Shown: positions 27,734 to 37,293, counted from the first letter of the stretch. The stretch is DNA of 64,000 nt from an uncultured Candidatus Saccharibacteria bacterium (GCA_964348885.1 CAYGEK010000001.1:10255-74254), one strand, 5' to 3'. The notes: generated from the letters alone by a model not told the origin. A program made the numbers and translations.

Positions 27734-28087
27734 TCAATTTAGGGCGGAATAATTAAGCAAAAAGGCAAAAGCCTTGAACGCCAGTAGAAAGACAGCCAGA
27801 AGCACCATCATTGCCACTCCGAAGGTCGTCACGAAATTGCCGTGCTTCAGCCAGGTGCTGTCCCGGTTCAGATAAAGGAACGCGCCGCCGACCAGCGCGA
27901 TCAAAATGGCCTTTGCGACAGACCAGATAACCAGGCCGGGAATCAGACCAAGCTCTCTGAACACGAACGAAGCTGCCCGATTCAGCTCTACTCCCCCATT
28001 GTTCAAAATTTGATACGTTGTTATGATATCGCCCGCATCCAACAAAATTGCGGCTACGAGCCAAGCCCAGAAAAAGGCCTTAATCAA
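27734..28087 (-). CDS. Integral membrane protein (hypothetical)
   Basis: 117 aa; four TM helices. Confidence 0.5.
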   Translation of the reverse strand: MIKAFFWAWLVAAILLDAGDIITTYQILNNGGVELNRAASFVFRELGLIPGLVIWSVAKAILIALVGGAFLYLNRDSTWLKHGNFVTTFGVAMMVLLAVFLLAFKAFAFLLNYSALN

Positions 28088-28362
28088 CAGCCCCTCCAGA
28101 GTAAAGATATGACGCGGGAGAATACGCGATCTCTATCCATAAATACTTCGTCCGGCTTAGAGTCCAGCGGACAGGAAGTGGCAGTGTTAATATCGGAAAC
28201 TCCGTATCCGTGCGCCGCCTGCCACTGTACGACAATATGCTTACCCGCGAACCGAATATCAAGAAACCAGATGCCGTTTGCCTTTACCGGTTCATCAATG
28301 CTCACATTAGCCTTAGGGAAGCGGCGAACGACACGCGACTGAAGTCTCTGAATCTCGTTCAT
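28084..28362 (-). CDS. Hypothetical protein
   Basis: 92 aa; ATGA overlap with the downstream membrane gene. Confidence 0.45.
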   Translation of the reverse strand: MNEIQRLQSRVVRRFPKANVSIDEPVKANGIWFLDIRFAGKHIVVQWQAAHGYGVSDINTATSCPLDSKPDEVFMDRDRVFSRVISLLWRGC

Positions 28363-28385
28363 CCGATACTCCTTTCAAAGAACCG

Positions 28386-28459
28386 TGTGCTCCCAAGGGG
28401 AATCGAACCCCTGTTTCCGCCGTGAGAGGGCAGCGTCCTAGCCGCTAGACGATAGGAGC
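28386..28459 (-). tRNA. tRNA-Glu (anticodon CUC)
   Basis: Reverse complement folds as GCTCCTA...D-arm TCGTCTAGCGGCTAGGACG...anticodon stem CTGCC/GGCGG with loop CTCTCAC...T-arm CAGGGGTTCGATTCCCCTT...TGGGAGC + A. Confidence 0.8.
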
Positions 28460-28504
28460 AATGTGCAAACGATAACACCAAAGCTACAAAGTTTCAATAA
28501 AGGT

Positions 28505-29737
28505 TTAAATCTGCCGAATCTCTTCCACCACCTTATCCAGCTCCATCGCGCGGGAAGCCTTCACCAGCACCAAATCCCCTTTTTTGATCAGATCCTGAAC
28601 CACCGGCAAAGCTTCTTCCACGAGATCAAAGCTTTGAATATTTTTCCGAGCAAGGCCGGCCTTGTTGGCGGAATCAGCAATAAAACGGGCGCGCGGCCCC
28701 ACCGTCACCAGTACATCCACAACTCTTTCGGCAATCTTCCCAATCTGCTCATGCGCTTCAATCGTATACTTACCAATTTCCAGCATATCGCCCAGCACCG
28801 CAATCTTTCTTTTGCCGTCTAAGCTTTTTAACGTATCCAGAGCCGCATGCATAGATAGCGGTGACGCATTATAGGTGTCATCAATAATCCAAGTATCTTT
28901 GATGCCGGGAATGATTTTGCCGCGGCGCGGCGGCACATGATAGTAGGCGAGCGCCTCCGAGATGCGGACAAGATTCATTCCAAAGGCTAGGCCAATAGCG
29001 GCAGAGGCGGCCGCGGCATACGCCTGGGCCTTACCGAATGCTCCGTCCAGCCGAATCGGCACAAAGTTACCGCCATACTCCAATTTAAATGAAATTCCGG
29101 CCGGCCTGCCGGCATCCATCCGATTTTCAAAATTAGTGATTCGTAAATTCGCGCCTTCACCAAAACCATAGGTGATGACATGGGCGCGGGTGCGATCCTT
29201 CATCTCATAAACTACCTCGTCGTCAAAATTCAAAATAGCAAAGCCGATTGCCGGTAAAGCCTCTACTAGGCGGGATTTTTCCCGAGCTACCGCGTCCGGT
29301 CCGGAATAAAATTCCACATGCACCGGGATATCGCCGATTGCCGTCACAACGCCGATCTGCGGCTTGGCAATCTCCAAAAGATACTTGATGTCTCCCGGCT
29401 TGTCGGCCGCGTATTCCAAAACCAGTAACTCGGGATATTTCTTTCCAAAAAGAAGATTAAAAAAAGACGTGATTACAACTCTTAACCAAAAAAAGGCTCC
29501 GCCGATTCGGTCGTATTCGCCGAGAATGGCCAGAGGAAATCCAAATTCATTATTGAAATTACCGGTGGCCGAGCGCGCCTTGCGAATCTGCTTTAGGATG
29601 CTGATGACGGCCTCCTTGGTAGAAGTTTTGCCGACGGTGCCGGTGATGCCGACGATCCCGGGCTGATGCTTACGAATCGCCCAGCGGGCCAGGAAAGCCA
29701 GGATATTTTTTAGCCGCTCTCTAAGAAAATTTTTCAT
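28505..29737 (-). CDS. murF: UDP-N-acetylmuramoyl-tripeptide--D-alanyl-D-alanine ligase
   Basis: 410 aa; GITGTVGKTSTKE P-loop and Mur ligase central/C-terminal domains. Confidence 0.88.
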   Translation of the reverse strand: MKNFLRERLKNILAFLARWAIRKHQPGIVGITGTVGKTSTKEAVISILKQIRKARSATGNFNNEFGFPLAILGEYDRIGGAFFWLRVVITSFFNLLFGKKYPELLVLEYAADKPGDIKYLLEIAKPQIGVVTAIGDIPVHVEFYSGPDAVAREKSRLVEALPAIGFAILNFDDEVVYEMKDRTRAHVITYGFGEGANLRITNFENRMDAGRPAGISFKLEYGGNFVPIRLDGAFGKAQAYAAAASAAIGLAFGMNLVRISEALAYYHVPPRRGKIIPGIKDTWIIDDTYNASPLSMHAALDTLKSLDGKRKIAVLGDMLEIGKYTIEAHEQIGKIAERVVDVLVTVGPRARFIADSANKAGLARKNIQSFDLVEEALPVVQDLIKKGDLVLVKASRAMELDKVVEEIRQI

Positions 29738-31326
29738 TATTGGTTAACATTATCGGCCGGGAGATTGTAATAGTTTATTACGAACTGGGCCAATTCGCGA
29801 AATGCCGGGACCACGGTCATGCCCGCCAAAGTGGCGCCCTTCGGTTTATCTATCCTCATGAGAATGACGAACCTGGGATCGGTCGCCGGTCCGAATCCGA
29901 CATAACTGTGAACATAATCATTGCTATAACCTCCTTTCTTGAGATCCGGCATCTGGGCGGTGCCCGTCTTACCGGCGATTTCATAACCGGGAATCTGAGC
30001 GATTTTCGCCTTGTCCACGGCTGAAACCATCATCGCCGTCACCTGCTTGGCCGCCGCTTCGGAAATAACCCGTCGCACCGGCTCCGTCGGCGTCCCCTCA
30101 ATTAGAAATGGCTTCATTAATGTGCCACCGTTGGCGATTGTGGCAATCGCCTGCACCAACTGCATCGAGGTAACGGAAACGCCCTGGCCGAAAGAAGCGC
30201 TGGCAAAATCTATTTCGCGCGGTTTGTTCACCAGATTTTTAAGTTTTCCGGTCACCTCGCCAGGCAGACCCACTCCGGTTGCCTTATCCAGTCCGAAATT
30301 AACAAGGTAGTTATAAAAAGAATCATCCCCGGTTTTCCGTTGCGCGAAAGCGGCTCCGGTATTCAGGGATTCTTCAATGACATTAGTCATAGTTACCAAG
30401 CCGTGAGCCTTCAGGTCCCAGTTACGAATAGTCTTACCGTTCAGAGTCAGGCTGCCGTTATCGTAAAAGGTGGTTTCCGGAGTGATCTTGCCGCTGTCCA
30501 AACCGGCGGCCATCGTGATTACTTTAAAAACGGAACCGGGTTCATAAACGGACTGGGTCACCGAGTTGATGAAATTCTTCACCGGAGATTTGGAATATTC
30601 ATTCGGATCAAAGTTCGGATAGCTGCCCATCGCGAGTATCTTGCCGCTCCTCGGATCCTCCACAATCACACTGCCGCCGGCGGCGGAATACTGATCAATC
30701 AGATTCTTCAGAATCTTCTCGGCTTGAGACTGGATGTTGATATCAATGGTCAGATTCAGGCTCTTTCCGCGCAGCAAATTTTCGTACTGCGCTTCAAGAC
30801 CATACTGCCCTTCTGTCGCCCCATTCTTATCATTCGGACCGACGTATCCAAGCATGTTGGCGGCCAATGATCCGTACGGATAGAAACGGAAATGCTTACT
30901 GTCCACATAAATACCTTTAATATTCAGTCCGTCTACCGCGGACACGAGAACGCTGTCCGCCTTGGAGGTCAGCTCAACGTAAGTCGTATCTTTTTTTGAA
31001 AATAACGCGACGAGCTTATCCACGGAAACCTTCAGTACCGGGGACAACAGGTTAGCAGCCTCGTCGACATCGGCAATCTCTTTAGGAACAGCGAAGATTA
31101 CAGGAAACTCCCGGTTTGTGGCAACCGCTGTGCGATTACCCTGTTTGTCGATAAAATTAATCGCGCCCCGGATACCGGAAGATGAACTGCGCAGATTGGA
31201 CTGGGAATTGGCGCGCGCCGAGTAATAGCCTCCTTTTAGAACCTGAAGGTCGTAGGCCCTGGAAAGCAGGGCTGAATAGCCCCCGAAGATTACTACGATT
31301 ACCAGCCAGGCGCGCCAGGATCTCAT
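29737..31326 (-). CDS. ftsI: Peptidoglycan D,D-transpeptidase (PBP2/FtsI class)
   Basis: 529 aa; N-terminal anchor, SxxK (SVFK), SxN and KTGT motifs. Confidence 0.88.
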   Translation of the reverse strand: MRSWRAWLVIVVIFGGYSALLSRAYDLQVLKGGYYSARANSQSNLRSSSSGIRGAINFIDKQGNRTAVATNREFPVIFAVPKEIADVDEAANLLSPVLKVSVDKLVALFSKKDTTYVELTSKADSVLVSAVDGLNIKGIYVDSKHFRFYPYGSLAANMLGYVGPNDKNGATEGQYGLEAQYENLLRGKSLNLTIDINIQSQAEKILKNLIDQYSAAGGSVIVEDPRSGKILAMGSYPNFDPNEYSKSPVKNFINSVTQSVYEPGSVFKVITMAAGLDSGKITPETTFYDNGSLTLNGKTIRNWDLKAHGLVTMTNVIEESLNTGAAFAQRKTGDDSFYNYLVNFGLDKATGVGLPGEVTGKLKNLVNKPREIDFASASFGQGVSVTSMQLVQAIATIANGGTLMKPFLIEGTPTEPVRRVISEAAAKQVTAMMVSAVDKAKIAQIPGYEIAGKTGTAQMPDLKKGGYSNDYVHSYVGFGPATDPRFVILMRIDKPKGATLAGMTVVPAFRELAQFVINYYNLPADNVNQ

Positions 31327-31619
31327 TACCGGTTAACGGATAGGTATTCCGGCTTCCGCTCTTTGGTCAGGCCCAGTTTCGCGGCAAGCGTGTCGACATT
31401 TTGAGGATCCATTGTGGCGTACATCTGACTCTTAAAGTCAGCGGTGGAAATGCGGAGCGCTCCGATTGTCCTTTCCGTGTTTCTCAGCTCATGATCTAAG
31501 CGGACGTTCTGGCTATAAGCGTAAACGCTTAAAACTCCTTCAGCTAAAATCACGCCGATTGCCAATATCCAGATTGCGTTCAGTCTAAACTTATTTTTCT
31601 TTGGTTCAATAATTGTCAT
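31326..31619 (-). CDS. ftsL: Cell-division protein FtsL-like
   Basis: 97 aa; single TM then coiled-coil; conserved position between rsmH and ftsI. Confidence 0.55.
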   Translation of the reverse strand: MTIIEPKKNKFRLNAIWILAIGVILAEGVLSVYAYSQNVRLDHELRNTERTIGALRISTADFKSQMYATMDPQNVDTLAAKLGLTKERKPEYLSVNR

Positions 31620-31623
31620 GATT

Positions 31624-32508
31624 TTAAATCAGTTGCGCGACGCGCAACTTGGCCGATCGCGACCTTGGGTTGGCGAGGGCTTCGCCGCGCGTAGCCTGAA
31701 CGGCTTTTTTTGTAATCAACTTTAAAGTACCGGCCTTGGCGGCATCCCGGAAAAAATTCTTAACTATCCGGTCTTCCAGAGAATGAAAACTGATTATCCC
31801 GATTCGGCCGCCCGGTTTTAGTATCTTCGGTAGATCCTTGAGCACCTGTTCCAGATTTTCCAGCTCGTGATTCGCATAGATCCGCAGAGCCTGGAAAGTC
31901 CTGGTCGCCGGGTGCAGACGGCCCCGTTCGTAACTCTTCGGCACCGCCAGGCGAATGACATCCGCCAACTCGCCGGTGGTTTCAATCGGCGCTTTGCGGG
32001 CGCGGTTCTTGATAGCCGCGGCGATCGGTTTAGCGTACCGCTCTTCGCCGTAATTTTTGATTATATCGGCTAACCACTGCTCGCTTAATTCATTCAGCAA
32101 CTCCCGGACCGGCTTCTGCTTGGAATCGTAGGTCATCAGCAACGGCTCATCTTTTTGAAAACTAAAACCGCGTCCGTTACCCAACTGCTCGGACGAAAAT
32201 CCAAGATCCAGCAATAGGCCATCGGCTTGTCCGATTTTTTTCACCGCAAGAATCTCGGCAAGGTCCGCGTAATTTTCTCCGGTCTTATCCCAATCAATAG
32301 CGAGCAGTCGGCCGTCGGCACCGATTTTTTCCTTCATTGCCCGGCTGTGACCGCCGGCTCCGGCGGTGCCGTCAATAAAGAACTCCCCCGGTTGCGGATT
32401 CAACAGAGTGATTACTTCATTCAAAAGAACCGGAATGTGTCCGCCCGGAACACCCGCTCCGTAGCTGACCACCAGTCTGCCTAGTACTATTTGTTTATTA
32501 TCTGCCAT
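31624..32508 (-). CDS. rsmH: 16S rRNA (cytosine1402-N4)-methyltransferase RsmH (MraW)
   Basis: SAM motif FIDGTAGAGGHS and the RsmH family pattern. Start set at MADNKQ to avoid overlap with mraZ. Confidence 0.9.
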   Translation of the reverse strand: MADNKQIVLGRLVVSYGAGVPGGHIPVLLNEVITLLNPQPGEFFIDGTAGAGGHSRAMKEKIGADGRLLAIDWDKTGENYADLAEILAVKKIGQADGLLLDLGFSSEQLGNGRGFSFQKDEPLLMTYDSKQKPVRELLNELSEQWLADIIKNYGEERYAKPIAAAIKNRARKAPIETTGELADVIRLAVPKSYERGRLHPATRTFQALRIYANHELENLEQVLKDLPKILKPGGRIGIISFHSLEDRIVKNFFRDAAKAGTLKLITKKAVQATRGEALANPRSRSAKLRVAQLI

Positions 32509-32509
32509 A

Positions 32510-32941
32510 TTATATTCCAAGCTCTCCAAGTTTTTCCGCGATATCATCGGAGGAAGCCTCGGTCTGAGATTTATAGGACCGCCAAGCGGCCTCGTCCCAA
32601 ATTTCTATACGGCTGTAAACGCCGGCGAAGACCGTCTGCTTTTTTAACGAAGCATACGCGCGCAAATATTCCGGAACCAGAATTCTGCCCTGAGCATCAA
32701 ACTCAACCTCCATCGCGCCCGCCAACATCAGACGGGAAAAAGCCCGAGCTTTGGAATTAGTGAGCGGCAGAGCTTTTAATTTCTGCGCGAGCTCTTCCCA
32801 ATCGGACTTGTTATAAATAAAAAGACAATGATCCAAGCCGCGCGTGATAATCGCTCCCTCGCCCAGCTTCTGCCGAAATTTAGCGGGTAAGGCTACCCGC
32901 CCCTTGGCATCCAGGCTGTGATTATATTCACCTATAAACAT
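32510..32941 (-). CDS. mraZ: Transcriptional regulator MraZ
   Basis: 143 aa; duplicated MraZ/SpoVT-AbrB-like halves with DAKGR / DAQGR motifs. Confidence 0.9.
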   Translation of the reverse strand: MFIGEYNHSLDAKGRVALPAKFRQKLGEGAIITRGLDHCLFIYNKSDWEELAQKLKALPLTNSKARAFSRLMLAGAMEVEFDAQGRILVPEYLRAYASLKKQTVFAGVYSRIEIWDEAAWRSYKSQTEASSDDIAEKLGELGI

Positions 32942-32970
32942 TTGGGTTTAATAAGCTCCGGCGGTATCTA

Positions 32971-33074
32971 TTTATCCCCAGATAAGGCGGTTATCCCCAC
33001 ACTTATCCACTTTTCACCACCGTAATTACACTATACCCCACTTTGCCCCTAAACCAAATTAAAAATGTGGATAA
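32971..33074. promoter_or_regulatory. Cluster of DnaA-box-like / MraZ-box-like 9-mers upstream of mraZ, followed by an AT-rich tract
   Basis: TTATCCCCA at 32971 and 32990, TTATCCACT at 33001, perfect TGTGGATAA (reverse complement of TTATCCACA) at 33066..33074. On the gene strand the first three read as direct repeats (T)GGGGATAA / GTGGATAAG, which resemble GTGGG MraZ boxes. About 75 bp of 70-80% AT follows (33084..33160). Confidence 0.45.
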
Positions 33075-33168
33075 GTCATGAGCTTATTTAAACGGTAAAA
33101 TAGCGACATATAAAAAACCGGCGCTGCGTGCTAAAATTAAGCAAGATTTTTAAAAATCGAGGTGACCC

Positions 33169-33582
33169 TTGGTCGTAACCGCTGAAATGCTGACCCACCG
33201 CGGCAAAATCCCCCGCTCCGTGATCCGAGATGCGTTTTATCTTTTTATGGAAACAGCCGATAACAAAATAAAACAGATTAAGCGGGTCAAAAATCTTCGC
33301 TATACCGGTCCGCTAAAAGATTTTCTTTCTTATGGACACACAGAACAAGAATTTCACAGGGAGATTTTTGGGATGCTTGATGATGCGGTAATTTCTATCA
33401 ATGCCATCTGTAAAAAAAGCGAAGCGATCAAAACTTTGCTTCATGAGCTTGCTCATTTTCTCTACGACACCGACGACAGTATCAAATCTGAATGGCAGGC
33501 AAATGAGATAGAGCGTATCCTCTGGCGGCGCTTCTCGCGCAAACAGAAGGAGGCTTTCTGGGCGCTGATTCCAAAAGAATAA
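33169..33582 (+). CDS. Hypothetical protein with HExxH motif (ImmA/IrrE-like metallopeptidase candidate)
   Basis: LLHELAHFLYD motif; about 131 aa if started at the first ATG (the track ORF begins at an alternative start). Confidence 0.45.
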   Translation: MVVTAEMLTHRGKIPRSVIRDAFYLFMETADNKIKQIKRVKNLRYTGPLKDFLSYGHTEQEFHREIFGMLDDAVISINAICKKSEAIKTLLHELAHFLYDTDDSIKSEWQANEIERILWRRFSRKQKEAFWALIPKE

Positions 33583-33612
33583 ATTCCCGACGATAGTCGG
33601 GAATTTTTATTG

Positions 33613-33657
33613 TGCGCCTTGTTGGGATCGGACCAACGACCTTTCCAATGTGAATGG
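33613..33657 (-). pseudogene. Truncated tRNA-Val 3' half (anticodon arm through acceptor 3' strand), 11 nt from the intact tRNA-Val
   Basis: The 23-nt stretch cgacctttccaatgtgaatggaa is identical to the intact gene. T-arm and acceptor co-vary (GTTGG-TCCGATC-CCAAC / AAGGCGC), the T-loop has U55 replaced by C, and there is no 5' half. Confidence 0.6.
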
Positions 33658-33666
33658 AATAAAGTG

Positions 33667-33738
33667 TGCACCCTGCAGGGATCGAACCTGCGACCTTTCC
33701 AATGTGAATGGAACGCTCTACCACTGAGCTAAGGGTGC
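33667..33738 (-). tRNA. tRNA-Val (anticodon CAC)
   Basis: Reverse complement GCACCCTTAGCTCAGTGGTAGAGCGTTCCATTCACATTGGAAAGGTCGCAGGTTCGATCCCTGCAGGGTGCA folds as a canonical cloverleaf. Confidence 0.85.
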
Positions 33739-33811
33739 TGACAAATGGATAATACCCACTGGGTAGTGTTTAGTCAAAAAGAAAAGTCCCCGTTTTTGAC
33801 GGGGACATTTT

Positions 33812-34027
33812 TTACAGCTTGCCCTGCGAACCGACAAGCGGGGTGTTGCGCTTGCAGACGTGGCACTTCCGGCCGCGGTTGTAGATGCTCAGCAGCTTGT
33901 TGCAATCAAAGCAGCGCCTCCCCTTCCGACTCGACTTCACGACCGGTCCCGAATCGCGGAATCGGACCGCTACGACTCTGTAGCCGCGGCTACCTACTCC
34001 GTCACACTCGTCCTTCCCGCCGCTCAT
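33812..34027 (-). CDS. Small zinc-ribbon protein (CxxC-x12-CxxC), hypothetical
   Basis: 71 aa; GGAGG RBS 6 nt upstream; bidirectional terminator gtccccgt-ttttgac-ggggac just 3'. The overlapping plus-strand ORFs are rejected. Confidence 0.6.
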   Translation of the reverse strand: MSGGKDECDGVGSRGYRVVAVRFRDSGPVVKSSRKGRRCFDCNKLLSIYNRGRKCHVCKRNTPLVGSQGKL

Positions 34028-34124
34028 ACCGCCTCCTCATTTCTTATCTGACTAAAATTAACTGAAGTAAGTATAACAAAAAGGACGCTTTTTGTAAAGC
34101 GTCCTTTTTGCTACAACAAGAAGA

Positions 34125-34493
34125 TTATTGTAATTCAATCGTCGCGCCCGCAGCTTCCAACTTCTTCTTGAGCTCTTCGGCTTCCTCCTTCTTGAGGCCC
34201 TCTTTGACCACTTTCGGAGCGCCATCCACGAGATCCTTAGCTTCTTTCAAGCCAAGACCGGTGGCTTCACGAAGAACCTTGATGACCTGGATCTTCTGCT
34301 GACCGCCTTCCTTCAGCATTACCTTCCAAGCGGTCTTCTCTTCGGCTTCCGCCGCTCCGGCTCCCGCGCCGCCCGCCGCTACCGGCATAGCCGCTGAAAC
34401 ACCGAATTTCTCTTCCATTTTCTTCACAAGATCCGCAAGCTCGGTAACTTTGAGCTCGCTGACCAGGTTGATTATCTGTTCAAATTTATCCAT
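34125..34493 (-). CDS. rplL: 50S ribosomal protein L7/L12
   Basis: 122 aa; Ala/Gly-rich hinge and conserved C-terminal domain ([22 protein letters not shown]). Confidence 0.95.
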   Translation of the reverse strand: MDKFEQIINLVSELKVTELADLVKKMEEKFGVSAAMPVAAGGAGAGAAEAEEKTAWKVMLKEGGQQKIQVIKVLREATGLGLKEAKDLVDGAPKVVKEGLKKEEAEELKKKLEAAGATIELQ

Positions 34494-34510
34494 GTTAGTT
34501 GTTTATTGTT

Positions 34511-35116
34511 TTATGATTTTGGTTGTTCGACCGTAGTTGACTGGTTGACTTCAGGAGCCGGAGCGGTTGCGACTTCAGGAGCGACGGTAGCCGCCGCTGG
34601 AGCTGTTGCCGGTGCCGGCTGCTTCTTAGCAATTTCTTGAGCGATATACATGAAAGCCCGCAACGGACCGGTAATCGCGCCGAGGACCATCGAGAGGAGG
34701 ACCTCTCTGCCCGGCAACTTCGCCACCGCGTTGAACTCTTCCACCGGAATCGCCATCTTGGTTGTGAGATTGTACGCGCCTAAAACTTTGAATTCCTTCT
34801 TCTCTTTTACCAAAGATTTGGCAAATTTGAAGATCGGGCCGGCTACGGAGCTCAAGTCTTCAGGAATAAAGAATGTGCCCACCTGCGCCGGGAACTGCAT
34901 CGGATCGAAATCGATTCCGGAGTTCTTCAGCGCGATGCGGAGTAAACGCTTCTTGATTACCTTGAAGCTCGCGCCCGTTTTACGTACCTCTACCTTGATG
35001 TTTCGCACGGAACCCGTATCCACTCCCGTGAAGTCGGCAAAGACCAAAGTCTTGCTCTTCTTCAAAAGAGATTCGCCGAGCTCAACATGCTTCTTCTTTT
35101 GTTCTTTAGTTAACAT
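34511..35116 (-). CDS. rplJ: 50S ribosomal protein L10
   Basis: 201 aa; L10 family pattern; immediately upstream of rplL; structured leader and TTGCTT-N17-TATACT promoter upstream. Confidence 0.88.
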   Translation of the reverse strand: MLTKEQKKKHVELGESLLKKSKTLVFADFTGVDTGSVRNIKVEVRKTGASFKVIKKRLLRIALKNSGIDFDPMQFPAQVGTFFIPEDLSSVAGPIFKFAKSLVKEKKEFKVLGAYNLTTKMAIPVEEFNAVAKLPGREVLLSMVLGAITGPLRAFMYIAQEIAKKQPAPATAPAAATVAPEVATAPAPEVNQSTTVEQPKS

Positions 35117-35316
35117 TGTTATTTTTTCTAAAAAAATACGACCTTTTGGCCGCAGTGCGAAAACAAACTTAACAAGTTAGTTTTCCTCGGCAGGACTTAG
35201 ACGGGTCTCCCCGGTCGCCTGCTGTCTACGGATTGAAGCCAGTATACCCGATAGGAAAAAATAAAGCAAGCGATTAAATAAAAAGCCGCTCGATAGAGCG
35301 GCGGTTCTTTTCTGCA

Positions 35317-35511
35317 TTAATCAGCTTTCTTGACCAACGAGTGGATCATCTTCCGATAAATCATGCGGACAAGGGTTTTCGTCTCCGCGCAGCTGATAAG
35401 CCGGGCGCGATGGAGACGAAGCACGTCGGAATAAAGATTCTGATCCTCGCCGAGAGTAATGTCGGACTGGTCATTAATCCGGGCAAGCATCCGATCGAAG
35501 GCATTCGGCAT
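35317..35511 (-). CDS. Small hypothetical protein downstream of the sigma factor
   Basis: 64 aa. A different frame from the sigma gene was checked: there is an in-frame stop 21 codons upstream, so it is not a frameshifted fusion. Terminator hairpin directly 3'. Confidence 0.35.
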   Translation of the reverse strand: MPNAFDRMLARINDQSDITLGEDQNLYSDVLRLHRARLISCAETKTLVRMIYRKMIHSLVKKAD

Positions 35512-35516
35512 AAATC

Positions 35517-36227
35517 TTAGGTATTGGCCCTGCCCGTCCTCTTCGGATAATTCCTCGGAAGATCGCGCATTATCTTACCGGTTTCTTCGTACCGGTCATA
35601 AATGATTTTCAATTCGGCCAGGCACCGATGATAGATGTTGCGGACGTACAGCGCGCTCAAGCCGAATCGAGGGGCGATCTCTTTGTAAGAACGCTCGACG
35701 GCGTCATCCAACCCGAATCTGAGCTTAAGAATTTCACGTTCACGCGCGGGGAAAAGTTCCAGCATCTTCATCAGAGCCGCCGCGCGGCTCTCCCGCCGCT
35801 CCTTGTCCTTAAGGCTCTTCTGGAAAGACTCCGGTTCGGTGACCCGGTCGTCCGCCGATTGGACCTTGTGATATTCGGAGCGCATCGTCTTTACCAGAAG
35901 GCAACTATTGATGAAGAGTAGAATGTGCTTTCGGATCCGCGAGTACGCGAAGGTTGAAAATTGAGTTCCTCGATCGGGGTCAAATTTTGCCAGCGCGTAT
36001 TCCAGGCCGATATTACCGCTCTGCATCAGATCTTCCCAGTCTATCTTTGACTGCAGGCCATCGGCATACTGCCCGGTAAAGAGTCGCGTCATCGCCTTGT
36101 CGGCGATATGACCAATCAGACCCTGATTCGCCTCGCTCAGCTTATTCCTGGCGGAAATATCTCCCTGCTTGTATGCCAAGAACAGCGCTCTCGACTCTTC
36201 GTCGGAAAACTTTTGGGACATCCCCAT
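35517..36227 (-). CDS. RNA polymerase sigma factor, sigma-70 family (regions 2 and 4)
   Basis: Region 2 FDPDRGTQFSTFAYSRIRKHI; region 4 HTH EREILKLRFGLDDAVERSYKEIAPRFGLSALYVRNIYHRCLAELK. Confidence 0.8.
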   Translation of the reverse strand: MGMSQKFSDEESRALFLAYKQGDISARNKLSEANQGLIGHIADKAMTRLFTGQYADGLQSKIDWEDLMQSGNIGLEYALAKFDPDRGTQFSTFAYSRIRKHILLFINSCLLVKTMRSEYHKVQSADDRVTEPESFQKSLKDKERRESRAAALMKMLELFPAREREILKLRFGLDDAVERSYKEIAPRFGLSALYVRNIYHRCLAELKIIYDRYEETGKIMRDLPRNYPKRTGRANT

Positions 36228-36257
36228 TCTCCTTATTAAAAATCTTGGTCTACTATA

Positions 36258-36887
36258 TCACTTATCGCGCCATTCCGCAATATTCCGGTGATGTCCGGTG
36301 GTCAGAACCTTAGGCACCGCCCAGCGTTTTCCTTTCTTGGGCTCAAAGACTTCCGGCCGAGTATACGACGGGAAAGAACCTTTCACATCCTCCAGAGATT
36401 CGTACTTACCTAAAACGCCAGGCAGATAACGGGCCACAGCTTCCGTAACCATCATCGCCGGCAACTCGCCTCCCGCCAGCACAAAATCCCCTAAAGAAAT
36501 TTCTTCGTCCGCTACATATTTAGCCACACGCTCGTCCACTCCTTCATATCGCCCACAAATGAAGACCAGCTGATCATATTTGGAAAGCCGCTTCGCCGCT
36601 TTCGAGTCAAACTTTTTACCGCGCGTGGAAAATAAAATTACCCGGGACTTTTTGCCTTTTTTAATTTTCTTAACCGCCTTGTAGACCGGCTCCACCTTTA
36701 CCACCATGCCGGGTCCGCCTCCGTATGGCTTATCGTCTACCTTGTGATGTTTATCGCTTGTGTAACCTCGAAGATCGTGGGTTTCGATTGTAATCAGCTT
36801 TTTCTCAATGGCGCGCTTAATAATAGACTCGCCGATGTAGGAGTTCAGTATTTTGGGAAAGATTGTAATAATATCGAAACGCTTCAT
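36258..36887 (-). CDS. trmD: tRNA (guanine37-N1)-methyltransferase
   Basis: SPOUT knot motifs ([22 protein letters not shown]). Start moved to [10 protein letters not shown]. Confidence 0.88.
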   Translation of the reverse strand: MKRFDIITIFPKILNSYIGESIIKRAIEKKLITIETHDLRGYTSDKHHKVDDKPYGGGPGMVVKVEPVYKAVKKIKKGKKSRVILFSTRGKKFDSKAAKRLSKYDQLVFICGRYEGVDERVAKYVADEEISLGDFVLAGGELPAMMVTEAVARYLPGVLGKYESLEDVKGSFPSYTRPEVFEPKKGKRWAVPKVLTTGHHRNIAEWRDK

Positions 36888-36978
36888 GTATATAGACTTT
36901 AGCAGTAAACGTGATATTTTGTTAATGGTTCTTAAAAGAGTTGCCGCGGACGAAAACTGACGTGAAAGGAGGAGGCTA

Positions 36979-37293
36979 ATGAAATACAATAAGCTGGTGC
37001 GGGATAAGATCCCGGCGATTATCTCCCGTAGCGGCGGAAAGCCGAAGTATTATCAAGCTGACACGCTGCAGTTCCAAAAAGCGCTTAAGAAAAAACTGTA
37101 CGAAGAAGTTGAAGAGTTCTGCAAGGCCAAAGAGGCCAACGACCAGATGGATGAACTGGCGGATATACTGGAAGTCGTGGAGGCGCTCGCCCAGGCCTAT
37201 GGCCTCCCCCGCTGTTTGGTGCAACACGCCAAGCGGGTTAAGGCGGAGACCCGCGGCCGATTCGATAAACGAATCATACTTAAAGAAGCCTAG
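36979..37293 (+). CDS. All-alpha NTP pyrophosphohydrolase (MazG/HisE-like) family protein
   Basis: 104 aa; KLVRDKIP...[15 protein letters not shown] pattern of small MazG-like house-cleaning enzymes. Confidence 0.55.
   Translation: MKYNKLVRDKIPAIISRSGGKPKYYQADTLQFQKALKKKLYEEVEEFCKAKEANDQMDELADILEVVEALAQAYGLPRCLVQHAKRVKAETRGRFDKRIILKEA

Noticed and set aside
35317-35530. Possible frameshifted C-terminal extension of the sigma factor into the 64-aa ORF
   Set aside because: The 64-aa ORF is in a different frame, and that frame has an in-frame stop only 21 codons upstream of its ATG. The sigma factor already ends after a complete region-4 HTH.
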